Source: Armatimonadota bacterium (lineage in GTDB: Bacteria; Sysuimicrobiota; Sysuimicrobiia; Sysuimicrobiales; Humicultoraceae). Taken from it: a stretch of 52,239 nucleotides of DNA. Made by a program: the position numbers and the translations under genes. Under the pieces are notes generated by a model that worked only from the letters and a program-made list of their open reading frames with translations, did not search any database and was not told the DNA's origin. The stretch covers positions 1 through 52,239 of the forward strand of contig JBQTJP010000243.1 of the NCBI GenBank assembly GCA_052386995.1, in the 5' to 3' direction. Positions 27,003-36,479 of this stretch are shown in pieces (position 1 is the first letter of the stretch; each line of letters begins with the position of its first letter).

Positions 27003-28352
27003 TTACAAGTTGCTCACGACGCGCAGCCAGATCGCGCCGCGCGACGTCGCTACGCCCTCCCACGACAAGAATTCATTGAGACGGAAGGTCAGCGTGCCCT
27101 CCAGCGCGCCGGTCTGCAAAAAATATGCTCCCCGCACCGTGAGATCGGGCGACAGCCGGTAGGTCAGGAAGGTCTCCTGATCCTCGCCGGTCAGCTGCGC
27201 CTTGATCCCAACTGTCACGTCCGACCCCGCTTCGATGCGCAGGCCGACGGCCCAGCGGAATGCGAGCGTGGAGGGGAAGAGCGTGAGTTCGACAAACGGC
27301 TCGACTCCCCCGAACGCACGCCCCAGCTGCGCTCGAATGTCGGGGGGCGGCGCCTGAGTGCCGATGTTCAGGCGCGCTTCGATGCGTCCCCGGTAGAGTG
27401 TCGAGTCCGCCAGGACCGTAATGAGCGTCACCTCGGCGACCTGAAGGACCGGGCGCGCGATGACCCCGTACTCCCGCACCGGCGGGTAGGCGGCAAGCCG
27501 CGCGGCAATGATCGACTCGAAGCGGGCACGATGAGCCGCCACGAAGACCACGGGCAGGCCGCGCAGCAGTTCGGCCATCGAGACGACCTGGGGCGTGTGC
27601 TGGTCCAGGAGCACGTAGGGGATCGACGACGACCGGAAGCGAACGCCGACGTCGCGGACGACGCGGGCGTCGCGCGCGGTGACCGTCACCACGAAGCGCG
27701 GGGCCGGCGCGGTCTCGATCCTGCCAACGGCGGTGAGTCCGGTCGCCGCGCCCTCGATGAGCTCGGTCGTGCGTCGCTCGATGATCGGCCCGGCCCACTC
27801 GAGGGCCTCGACCGGGAGGCCGAACAGCAGCCGCCGGAGTTCCGGCATCGCCGGCTCGAGGTTTTCCCGCACGAATGCCTGCGCGTCGGCATGGATGCCT
27901 GTGAAGGTGGTGACAATCGGGACGTCGCCCAGAATAGGCGGCCGCGGCTGGACGCGGACGATCACCGTCGTGGTCGCGCCGGCCTGAAATCCAAGGGCCG
28001 TCACACGGTACCCGCGAATGACGCGATCGACCACCTCGCGCAGCACGCCGGCCAGTGCGGATTCCTGCCTGGCGACGACGTCGCTGTCCCGACCGATCAA
28101 GAGTCGCTCGGCGGCCGTTCCAATCGACTCGGCAAGCCGGCGGACGACCAGCGCATGCGGCGCCCCGTCCTCGACCGTGAGGCTGACCTCGACCCTCTGC
28201 ACAGGATCGGCGGCGTGGACGCGCGCCGGCGCCGCGGTCAGCAGGAGGGCGAGCGCCAGCGGAATACCGCACCGCGACAGGCGACGCCGCGAGAGGCGCT
28301 TCCGTCTCGGGACGGCGCCGGGACGCGCCCGCGTGTCGGCCGCCCGGCTCAG
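27003..28352 (-). CDS. Hypothetical exported/OM protein downstream of bamA (probable CTG start)
   Basis: Signal peptide (GIPLALALLLTAAPARVHA) and C-terminal amphipathic beta strands. No ATG/GTG/TTG precedes the signal peptide; CTG 28352 overlaps the bamA stop. Confidence 0.7.
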   Translation of the reverse strand: MSRAADTRARPGAVPRRKRLSRRRLSRCGIPLALALLLTAAPARVHAADPVQRVEVSLTVEDGAPHALVVRRLAESIGTAAERLLIGRDSDVVARQESALAGVLREVVDRVIRGYRVTALGFQAGATTTVIVRVQPRPPILGDVPIVTTFTGIHADAQAFVRENLEPAMPELRRLLFGLPVEALEWAGPIIERRTTELIEGAATGLTAVGRIETAPAPRFVVTVTARDARVVRDVGVRFRSSSIPYVLLDQHTPQVVSMAELLRGLPVVFVAAHRARFESIIAARLAAYPPVREYGVIARPVLQVAEVTLITVLADSTLYRGRIEARLNIGTQAPPPDIRAQLGRAFGGVEPFVELTLFPSTLAFRWAVGLRIEAGSDVTVGIKAQLTGEDQETFLTYRLSPDLTVRGAYFLQTGALEGTLTFRLNEFLSWEGVATSRGAIWLRVVSNL

Positions 28353-30394
28353 AAAGGATGTCCGATCGTCAGCCAGGTCTGCCGTCCCTCCGGCCCAAAC
28401 GCCAGGTCGATACGGATGGGGCCCACCGCGGTGCTGACGCCGATGCCGATACCGGCGCTCAAATGGATGTTCGATGTGGAGATCGGCGCGGTGCCGACAT
28501 CGACGTAGAAGGCGCCGGTGAAGTTTTGGAGCTGCCGCGCGACAAATCCGAGCCCAGTGCGCACCTCCAGGTTGAGGAGCACCATGCTGTTCCCGCGCAG
28601 TCGGGCATAGGGAGCGCCGCGGAGCGTCGATGGCCCGCCCGCGAAGTACTGCTCCTGGATCGGCAGATCGCCCTGGCTGAGGCCCAGGATCGTGCGCCCG
28701 ACGAAGACCGTCGACCCCCCGAGGGGGAAGTACCGCGTGTACTCCGCCGCGTACTTGATGAACGCGAAATCTCCCAGAACCGGGATGGCGCCATCGAGCG
28801 TGAGGCTCAATCGGTCGCCCTTCGTGGGAGTCAACCGGGAGTCGCGCGTATCCCGCAGGCCCACGAGCGTGAGTGCCACCGTGCGGCCCGGCGTGAACCG
28901 GCTCGGCAGCGGCCTGGGGCAGGCGGGGTCGTCGGGATTGCTGCACGCGGCAGCCGTCGGGTCGAGCGGAAGTGAGAACAACTGGGCGCGCTCGGATCGC
29001 AGGCGGGCCGTGAGCGTGGTCTGGGGGTCGAGCGGCCGGGAAAGGGTGATCGCGCTCCCGAGGCGCTCGATGTTGAATCGCGACGTGAGGGTTGAATCCA
29101 TGTACTCGAGCTCGGTCGCGGTGCTCTGATACAGCGCGATTTCCATCGCCGTGTTCCGCGCATCCAGGAAGGGCTCGCGGAACGTGATCAGGAAGTTGCT
29201 CGGTGCCGGGCCCAGGAGGTTGGGGCCACCCCGCTCGCCCAACCCGCGCTCGTAGCGTATCGTGATCGACTGGTTGCGGCCCTGCCAGTTGCGCTCCGTA
29301 TACTCGATCAGCCCGACGATCCCGGTCCGGTCGCTGTACCCCAGGCCGAAGCGCGCCTGCTGCGTGCGCTGTTCCTTGAGCTCGATCTCCACGATGACCG
29401 CTTCGGGCGTGCTCCCGGGCCGGGGCCGGGCCTGGACGTTCTCGAAGAGCTCAAGCGCGACCAGGCGCTGCAGGTCCCGGTTGAGCTCGTTGATGTTGAA
29501 GACGCGGCCGGGACGTACGAGCATGTTTCGCTCGACGACAAACTGCCGCGTCTTGACGAGCCCCTTCCACTCGACGGCCTCGACCTTTCCTTCCGAGATC
29601 CGCAGCCGCAGACGAGTGCCGCCATTGGCCGTGACCCCGACGTCGACGACACGGGCGAGCACGTACCCTCGTTCTTCGTAGAGTTTCTCGATCGCGCGCG
29701 TGCCGTCGCGCAGCCGGACGATGTTGAGGACCTGGCCGGCCGGGAGATTGAGGGCCCGCTGAATATCGGCCGTCGGAATCGCGGTGTTCCCCTCGATGAC
29801 GATCTCGGTGATCTCTGGGTTCTCCACGATGAGGAAGGCAACGCGTACACCGTCGCGTGCGGGCTCGACGCGGACGTTGGCATCGGCGAACCAGCCCGTG
29901 GCCACGATCGCTGCGACATCCGCGCGCAGCCGCTCCTGGGAGAGCAACTCACCGACGCGCACCCCGATCGATTCGAGCACGACCGATTCCGGCACGCGCT
30001 CGATCCCTCGCACGACGATCTCCACGACCCGCGGTACCGGCGTCGGCGATGGCGCCGGCGTTGGAGACGTTGCCGGACTGGGCGCCGGCGTCGGTGAGGT
30101 GGCGGGCGTGGGTCCCGGCGTGACTCCCGGGGCCGGCGTTGTCGCCGGCGTCGGTGAGGTGGCCGGCGACGGTCTTGGAGAGGGAGAGGGCGCGGGCGTG
30201 ACTCCCGGCGTCGGCTGCGGTGTCGGCGTGGCCGGCAGCGCGGGACTCTGCTGCGGCGAGGGGGCCGGCGTGGGAGTGGGCTGCGCCGCGACCGGGGCAA
30301 AGGCGGTCGGCAGCGGGATGGAAGCGAGAGTGAGCGAGATCAGCAGTACGGCAAAGATCTGGCTCCGGCACAGACGCCAACGGACCGGCAACAT
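28349..30394 (-). CDS. bamA: BamA/Omp85 OM protein assembly factor
   Basis: Signal peptide, Pro/Thr linker, three POTRA domains (IVATGWF, YEERGY, ALELFENV), barrel motifs (ERNWQGRNQ, FREPF, GGPSTLRG, GPIRID), C-terminal Phe. Confidence 0.92.
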   Translation of the reverse strand: MLPVRWRLCRSQIFAVLLISLTLASIPLPTAFAPVAAQPTPTPAPSPQQSPALPATPTPQPTPGVTPAPSPSPRPSPATSPTPATTPAPGVTPGPTPATSPTPAPSPATSPTPAPSPTPVPRVVEIVVRGIERVPESVVLESIGVRVGELLSQERLRADVAAIVATGWFADANVRVEPARDGVRVAFLIVENPEITEIVIEGNTAIPTADIQRALNLPAGQVLNIVRLRDGTRAIEKLYEERGYVLARVVDVGVTANGGTRLRLRISEGKVEAVEWKGLVKTRQFVVERNMLVRPGRVFNINELNRDLQRLVALELFENVQARPRPGSTPEAVIVEIELKEQRTQQARFGLGYSDRTGIVGLIEYTERNWQGRNQSITIRYERGLGERGGPNLLGPAPSNFLITFREPFLDARNTAMEIALYQSTATELEYMDSTLTSRFNIERLGSAITLSRPLDPQTTLTARLRSERAQLFSLPLDPTAAACSNPDDPACPRPLPSRFTPGRTVALTLVGLRDTRDSRLTPTKGDRLSLTLDGAIPVLGDFAFIKYAAEYTRYFPLGGSTVFVGRTILGLSQGDLPIQEQYFAGGPSTLRGAPYARLRGNSMVLLNLEVRTGLGFVARQLQNFTGAFYVDVGTAPISTSNIHLSAGIGIGVSTAVGPIRIDLAFGPEGRQTWLTIGHPF
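30040..30290 (-). repeat. Pro/Thr/Ser-rich imperfect repeats (SPTPA/TPAP) in the BamA N-terminus
   Basis: 21-bp direct repeat cgccggcgtcggtgaggtggc at 30083 and 30143; 14-bp repeat ggcgtgactcccgg at 30117 and 30195. Confidence 0.8.
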
Positions 30395-30487
30395 CCTCCT
30401 CCTTTGGCTGACACAGCGGTAGTGGCGACCGGTTGGTGCTGCGAAGGCGGGCCAGTGTGGCCGGCCGGCGCGAGGCCGCACCCGCTC

Positions 30488-30517
30488 AGGCTACCATCGT
30501 GCGCTGCGGTCGCGCAA
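30488..30517 (-). promoter_or_regulatory. Putative sigma70-type promoter for bamA
   Basis: TTGCGC-N18-TAGCCT with an extended-10 TG. Confidence 0.45.
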
Positions 30518-30524
30518 CCCCAAC

Positions 30525-30543
30525 CCCGGGCGGCTCGCCCGGG
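30525..30543. other. GC-rich hairpin (8-bp stem) between the membrane-protein gene and bamA
   Basis: cccgggcg-gct-cgcccggg; no U-tract, so it is not called a terminator. Confidence 0.4.
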
Positions 30544-30600
30544 CGCTCCGACTCGCGCGAGCGCCTCCCTATGCGCTGGGCGCGGCGCGGGGATCGAACG

Positions 30601-31287
30601 CTACTGGTTGGTCGCCCGGCGCAGAGACCGCTCCGTAGCCAGGACGAGATCGATCAGCTCCGCCTCGCTGAGCAGCGTGGAGTTCTCCGAGACCGTCGGA
30701 GGAACCGCGGCCGCCGCAGAAGCCTCAGATCGGCGCGGCGCGGGTTGTGCCGCCGCCGCGGGTCGAACAGACGTTGACATACTTGCTGGCCGGTCGTCCG
30801 CGCGCTGAACGGTCGCCGGTGACGCCGGGACGCGCACCGTCACAGGAACGGGCACGTGAATGGTCACGGTCCGTTCAATGGCCTCAGGGGCCTGCACGAG
30901 AGCCAGCAGAGAGCTGTGGCCGGCCGACAGCGTCACGATCGGATGCGGGGAAACCTCTCCGGCTGCCGCGGTGGTCCACGCGGCAGCTGCCCACGCCGCA
31001 GGGTCGAAGGGACGCCACCGGGCGGCGGCGACGACGATGGTCACGACGGCGGCGACCGCAACGGCGGGCCCGAGCGTCCGACGCGTGCACAACGGCGCCG
31101 CGTCGATCCGTCCGGTACCGAGCTCGCGTGCCCGATGGACCTCGGCCTCGGCAAGCAGCAGCGTCAGGACCCCACGGGCCTGCTCGCCGTCTTCAACCTG
31201 CTGCCTGGCGCGCGCCAGCCAGTCCTCCGCGAATGTGATGCGTCTGGTCAGGATCGTTCGCTGATCATCCATGGCCTGCTCCTCCAC
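30601..31287 (-). CDS. Hypothetical single-pass membrane protein (possible anti-sigma factor)
   Basis: Helical cytoplasmic N-terminus (EDWLARARQQVEDGEQARGVLTLLLAEAEV), one TM, low-complexity C-terminus; 13 nt downstream of the sigma gene. Confidence 0.65.
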   Translation of the reverse strand: MEEQAMDDQRTILTRRITFAEDWLARARQQVEDGEQARGVLTLLLAEAEVHRARELGTGRIDAAPLCTRRTLGPAVAVAAVVTIVVAAARWRPFDPAAWAAAAWTTAAAGEVSPHPIVTLSAGHSSLLALVQAPEAIERTVTIHVPVPVTVRVPASPATVQRADDRPASMSTSVRPAAAAQPAPRRSEASAAAAVPPTVSENSTLLSEAELIDLVLATERSLRRATNQ

Positions 31288-31300
31288 CGCCGCTCCATCC

Positions 31301-31951
31301 TTAATATCCTGAGGCGCGCTGGGGTTGGTGCATCCGTTCGAGCTGCAGCAGGCCCCGCAGATGGTCGATGGCCTGCTTCTGCAGCCGGTAGAAATGGGAC
31401 AGGCTGATGTCGAGCTCTCGCGCGGCCAGACGCGGCTCTCTGGCCTTGACCACTGCGGTGAGCACCGCCCGCTCGCGCGGAGGAAGGCGGTCAATCACAG
31501 CCAGCACGTGGGCGACCAGTGCCCGGTCCTCCACGCCGCTGAGCGCGGAAGCGGTGGCATGATCGGTCAGCCGGCTCACAGGGGAAGCATCGTCTGCGCT
31601 CGCCAGTGCCTCATCGAGGGACACGTCAACGCGGATCCGATCGAGGGCGTTGAGCACCCGGCCCCTGATCCGATACGTCGCGAACGTAGAAAATCGCACG
31701 CCACGCCCCGGATCGAAGCGCTCCACCGACTCGATCAAGCCGACGCACCCTTCCTGAATCAGGTCCATGAGCTGCGACTCGGGCGGCCGCAGTCCCATCA
31801 CGATCTTGAAGACCAACGGTTGGTACGCTTCGATGAGGCGCTGGCGGCTGCCGGGATCACCATGCACGCGAAAGTCCTGCCAGAGGCCGGACTCTTCCGC
31901 CGGTCGCAACAGCGCCACACGCTGGAGTTCACGCAGATAGTCTTCAAACAT
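31301..31951 (-). CDS. Sigma-70 family alternative RNA polymerase sigma factor
   Basis: Region 1.2-like YLRELQRVALL, region 2 DLIQEGCVGLIESVERFDPGRGVRFSTFATYRIRG, region 4 LPPRERAVL...ARELDIS. Confidence 0.9.
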   Translation of the reverse strand: MFEDYLRELQRVALLRPAEESGLWQDFRVHGDPGSRQRLIEAYQPLVFKIVMGLRPPESQLMDLIQEGCVGLIESVERFDPGRGVRFSTFATYRIRGRVLNALDRIRVDVSLDEALASADDASPVSRLTDHATASALSGVEDRALVAHVLAVIDRLPPRERAVLTAVVKAREPRLAARELDISLSHFYRLQKQAIDHLRGLLQLERMHQPQRASGY

Positions 31952-32023
31952 TCCGGCAGGCCTCCGGTGTGTCCGGATCGATCCGACCGCTTCGACCCAA
32001 CGGTGCGAAGTCCTGTCTCGGGC

Positions 32024-35000
32024 TCAAAAGCGTGCGGAGTAGAACATGACGGCTTCGCGGCGGCCTTCTGAATCCAGGCGCAGCGACAGCGTCCAGTTCC
32101 GCGCGAACCGGTACTCGAGCCCCGTGACCCACAACGGCTGCGCCGCGAAGCTCGTGGACACCGTCCAGTACAAGTCGTTGAGCAGCAGCCGGCCCGCCCG
32201 TAGCGCCAGCGGTCGCTGGAAATCGTACTCGATCACCAGCTCGTCGAGCCCGATGGCCCGGCCGACGCCGAGACTGACCTGCCCGAACAGCAGCCGACCA
32301 ATCTGCGCACGCAGCGCGCCCTCGACATCACCCGCCAGCAGGCGCGAGAGGCCTGCCTGCTGCCCGAGCAGCGCGAGGATCTCGCGCCGCGGAAGATCCG
32401 GCTCGGAGGTCAGATCGAGGACGAGTCCATCCGGGGCGACCCCGCGCACCGTGAGAAGGATGCGCGTCGCGCCCACCAGCGTTTCGGCCTGGGCGAAGAT
32501 GCGCGGCCGCACACCTTGAGGGGGCAGAAAGGTCGCCGTACCCTCGCGCAGGTCGAACAGGGTGCCCAGCGCGGAAATCTTGCCGGGCTGCGCGGCCAGG
32601 GTTCCCTCGAGCGCCGGCGCGCGCGGCGAGCCGGTCAGCAGCACCGAGCCGCCGGGCTGCAAAGCGAACTGCAGGCCGCCCACGCGCACGGCGAGGTTGG
32701 GACCGATTTCGAACCGGATCCCGCGGAAGACCAGGGGCAGCTCTGACGGCGTCCCGCCGACATCGGCGGCGACGCTGACCGTACCGTCTGAGACCGCGAT
32801 GGTGCCCTCAAGCGTGGGCGGACGCCGGGGGTCGCCGAGTGTGCCCCACGCGCGCAGGGTGCCGGCCGCGCGCGCCTCGATATACGGCGGCGCCGCGAGG
32901 CGCAGATCGCTTCCCGTCAATACGAGCGGCGCGTCCTCCGGCACGAGCAGCCCGAGGGTGGGCGCCGATCCGGGGCGGGGAAACGACGCCAGGCGCAGCG
33001 CGCCTTCCAGCCTGGCAACGCCGCCGCCGAGCCTCGCCGTCGCTTCGGCCACGCGGATCGCCGCCTCGTCGAACCGCAGATCGAGCCTGAGCGCCTCGAT
33101 CGGCGTCTGGAGGCCTTTGACACGGATCCTGCCGTCCTGCACCTGTACGCGACCCTCGACCCGCGGCGCGCGCGCGGTGCCGCCAATGTGCACCTCTCCT
33201 TCGACCGCGCCGACCGCCTCATCGATCCGGTCGGTCGCCAGGCGCAGCAGCCCGAGGTTGACATCCGCGAGCGTGAGCCGCAGATCGATGGGACGGCTCT
33301 CATCGAAACTCCTCAGCGCAGGGTTGAACGGCACCGATCCTGAAGCGCGGAGTTTGTGACCGTTCTGCACCAACAGGGCCTGCTGCAGTTGAAGGAGCCC
33401 GTCACGATAGAACGCGTTCGCTACCAGCGAGTCGAAGGTCGCGCCCTCGATCCCGCCGCCCCTGATGTCTGTCGCGAACCCAATCTCGGGGGATCCCAGC
33501 GTGCCGGTCAGCTGCGTCGTGAAGTTGAGACGACCCAACAGCGGTCGCCGCAGACGGAACAGCGGCCTCAGGATATCCAGATCCAGGTCGCTCCCGCTGA
33601 CCTCGATCTGGCTCTCGCCCCGCAGATTCAGGCGTCCCTGGGCGCCGATGAGTCCGCGCAGCGGCCGCACCTGAAACTCCTCGATCGTCACACTGCCCTC
33701 GCGCAGCGTGAGATCGGCGTGCCCCTCCTGCAACCGGTGGTCGCCGAAGCGCCCGTCGCGGAGCCGGAGGTCCAGCCGCGCCGCCGGATTCGCCAGCGGC
33801 CCCTCGAGTGTGGCCAGGCCTGAGATCGTGCCGTCCAGCGGCATACCCAGGCGAATGTCCGCCAAGCCGAGCAGCGTCGACAGACGTCCGTCGTCCACCT
33901 TCGCGGCCAGAGATGCCTGTGGCGGGCCGGCCAGGCTGATATTCCCCGTGATCTCATACCGCTCGTTGCGCAGCTGCAGCGCCAGTGGGTCGAGGTGCAG
34001 TGTGCGGGCTTCCCATCGCACGCTCCCCGTCGCGTGGTCCAACTTGATCCCGTTGATAGAGAGATCGGTGGAGGTAGCGGTGGCCGCGATCCGGGGGGCC
34101 GACGTCGGGCCGCTAATGCGCCCGGAGAGGTCGACGTGCCCGTCCGTCCGTATGGCGCCGATCGGGGGGAGCGTGAGGTCGCGCAGGTCGAATCGCTTCG
34201 CCGCCACGCCGAGGTCCAGGCCGGTGCGCCGGTCAATCGTGCCGGACAGCTCGACGACCGAGGCGCGCCTCTTGAGCAACGCCTGCTCCACAGTCAGCCG
34301 CATCCCGTCCGACCGAAACGACGCGGTCGCTTCATCGACGGTCTGTCCCTGAATCGTGGCATCCTGCAGGGACACCGAGCCGGCGACCGATGGACGGGCG
34401 GGTGGTCCCTCGAGATGCACGCGGCCTTCCACGGACCCCGTCACCGTGAACGGAATGCCGGCCACGGCTGCCAGCGTCGCGGCCGATCCGCGCTCGGTCT
34501 CGAGCGTGATCGCAAGATGCGCCGCGGGATCCCATCGGAAGGCGCCCGTGGCCCAGTACCGTGATCGGCGCGATCGGGCCACGAATGAGTCCAGGTCGAG
34601 ACGCCCCGGGCGCAGTTCGAGCTCACCGCGGGCCGTGTCGAACGCAAGACCGCCCAGGCGTGCTTTCGCGACCTGGACATTCCCAGCGAAGACCGGCGCC
34701 GCAAGTGTGCCGCGCACGTGTCCCGTCGCATCCAGCCGCCCGCCGAGACCCAGATCCCGGGGGATCGCTGCGAGCCCGGCCAGGTCGATGCTCTCCGCAT
34801 GCCCGGCCAGTGCCAGCGCCCCGCGCGGAGAGATCTGGCCCCGCAGGTGCGCCACACTGCGCCCCTGCTGCGCGCGCGCCTGATGGAGCACCACTCCGCT
34901 CGCATCGGACGTAAACGCGGCGTCCAGCGAATCGAGCGCGATCCCGTCGAGGCGGGTCTTCGTGAGGCTGCCCTGCCCGCTGACCGCCACGTCGGCCCCG

Positions 35001-36448
35001 CGTCCCCGCGCGGTGAATGAGCCGGTGAGACGGCCATCGACCTCGCGCACGGCCTCGGGGATCGACCCCGACATCCTGGCCAGACTGGAGGCGCTCACCC
35101 CGCTGACCTGCATGTCAACAAGGAAGGAGGGGGATGCGAGCGACCACCACGCGTTGGCGCTCACATCTCCACCGGCGGTGCGCCCCGTCCCGGCAACGCT
35201 GAGCGTCTGGCCGTACAGAGCGAACGATCCGGAGGCGCCATCGAAGGCGTGACTGTCGATCACCCCGCGGAATCCGGCGATCCGGCCATCGATCCGCGGT
35301 GTGGTCTCGAGAAAGCCGACGATCCGCGCGTCACCCGACGCCACGCCTCCGATGCGCACGCGCGCGGACGGGAAGACGAGGCGGCGCAGCGTGGCCAGGT
35401 CGATTCCGGATGAGCGCATGGCCAGATCCATCCGGGTATTATCGTAGAAGCTGGCTTCGCCCCGCACCTCAACCGGCGATCCGTTGACCCTGCCCCGCAG
35501 TGCCCCGGTGCTGAGCGATTGGTTCGAGACGACGATCGTGCCATGAACCCCGGCCAGGACCGTGCCGCGCGCGGGCACCACCGCGCTGCCGTCGCGGATG
35601 ACAACTTTGCCCTGGTAGTCCGTCGCCTCGCGGCCCGGCCTCCCCGTCCGCAGCACGTTCATCGCGGCGTCGAACTGCCCGCCGGTGATCTGCAGCAGGG
35701 GCGTGATGGCCAGATAGGGTCCCCAGGCGCCCGCGTCGGCGCCCGTCACGGTGAGGTCCACATCGATGGTCCCGGTCGTTTCGGTGTAGGTCGCCAGCAC
35801 TCGCGCGGGGATCCGCCGGTTCTCGCGTTCTTCCACGAGGGATGCGCGCATCGTGACGCGCGGCACGGCGCCAAAATCGGCCGCGATGTTGATGTCCTCA
35901 AACCGTGCCTCGAATGCCTTCGGCGCAATGCGATGGCGGTCGGAGAGCGTGACCGTGCCGTTCACGATGAGCATGCGCCCCGTGAACGCCCCGGCCACTT
36001 TCGCCCCCGACACGTACGGGGTCAGACCGCCGATGTTCCAGACGCCGGCGACATCACGCGCGGCGACTAGAACCGGCTCCTCGAGCACGATCTGAGAAAG
36101 GCTGGCGGCGGCACCCTGCCCCACCCACAGATCGCGCGTCAGCGTGAAGGGGTTGAGGTGCACGATCATCCGCCGCACCTTCAGGATCGCAGGAGGCCGG
36201 GCGGCAGGTGTTCCAGGTGCCGGAGGCGGCGGGGGCGCGCCCCAGACGATCACGCCTTCCAGCACCAGGCCGCTCCAGGGGTTGCCCGACATCCCTCTGG
36301 CGGTGATCTCGCGGCCCAGGGCGGCGCTGACGGCGGCGATGGCCATGTCGCGGGCGCGCTGGGACAGCGCGACCACGGTCCAGGCGAGCGCGCCTACGAC
36401 CACCGCGACGGCGATGAGCAGAGCAAGGAACGACAGACGTCTCGACAT
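32024..36448 (-). CDS. tamB: Translocation and assembly module TamB (AsmA-like)
   Basis: ~1470 aa, N-terminal TM, beta-rich repeats, C-terminal DUF490-like segment (LTSEPDLPRREILALL...GLDEL). Confidence 0.88.
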   Translation of the reverse strand: MSRRLSFLALLIAVAVVVGALAWTVVALSQRARDMAIAAVSAALGREITARGMSGNPWSGLVLEGVIVWGAPPPPPAPGTPAARPPAILKVRRMIVHLNPFTLTRDLWVGQGAAASLSQIVLEEPVLVAARDVAGVWNIGGLTPYVSGAKVAGAFTGRMLIVNGTVTLSDRHRIAPKAFEARFEDINIAADFGAVPRVTMRASLVEERENRRIPARVLATYTETTGTIDVDLTVTGADAGAWGPYLAITPLLQITGGQFDAAMNVLRTGRPGREATDYQGKVVIRDGSAVVPARGTVLAGVHGTIVVSNQSLSTGALRGRVNGSPVEVRGEASFYDNTRMDLAMRSSGIDLATLRRLVFPSARVRIGGVASGDARIVGFLETTPRIDGRIAGFRGVIDSHAFDGASGSFALYGQTLSVAGTGRTAGGDVSANAWWSLASPSFLVDMQVSGVSASSLARMSGSIPEAVREVDGRLTGSFTARGRGADVAVSGQGSLTKTRLDGIALDSLDAAFTSDASGVVLHQARAQQGRSVAHLRGQISPRGALALAGHAESIDLAGLAAIPRDLGLGGRLDATGHVRGTLAAPVFAGNVQVAKARLGGLAFDTARGELELRPGRLDLDSFVARSRRSRYWATGAFRWDPAAHLAITLETERGSAATLAAVAGIPFTVTGSVEGRVHLEGPPARPSVAGSVSLQDATIQGQTVDEATASFRSDGMRLTVEQALLKRRASVVELSGTIDRRTGLDLGVAAKRFDLRDLTLPPIGAIRTDGHVDLSGRISGPTSAPRIAATATSTDLSINGIKLDHATGSVRWEARTLHLDPLALQLRNERYEITGNISLAGPPQASLAAKVDDGRLSTLLGLADIRLGMPLDGTISGLATLEGPLANPAARLDLRLRDGRFGDHRLQEGHADLTLREGSVTIEEFQVRPLRGLIGAQGRLNLRGESQIEVSGSDLDLDILRPLFRLRRPLLGRLNFTTQLTGTLGSPEIGFATDIRGGGIEGATFDSLVANAFYRDGLLQLQQALLVQNGHKLRASGSVPFNPALRSFDESRPIDLRLTLADVNLGLLRLATDRIDEAVGAVEGEVHIGGTARAPRVEGRVQVQDGRIRVKGLQTPIEALRLDLRFDEAAIRVAEATARLGGGVARLEGALRLASFPRPGSAPTLGLLVPEDAPLVLTGSDLRLAAPPYIEARAAGTLRAWGTLGDPRRPPTLEGTIAVSDGTVSVAADVGGTPSELPLVFRGIRFEIGPNLAVRVGGLQFALQPGGSVLLTGSPRAPALEGTLAAQPGKISALGTLFDLREGTATFLPPQGVRPRIFAQAETLVGATRILLTVRGVAPDGLVLDLTSEPDLPRREILALLGQQAGLSRLLAGDVEGALRAQIGRLLFGQVSLGVGRAIGLDELVIEYDFQRPLALRAGRLLLNDLYWTVSTSFAAQPLWVTGLEYRFARNWTLSLRLDSEGRREAVMFYSARF

Positions 36449-36479
36449 CAACGGTCAGGCCCCTCGGTGGGCCGGGCCG

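Noticed and set aside
30040..30290. Direct repeats as a possible CRISPR array
   Set aside because: Only two copies of each repeat, in frame within bamA and encoding a Pro/Thr linker; no cas genes.
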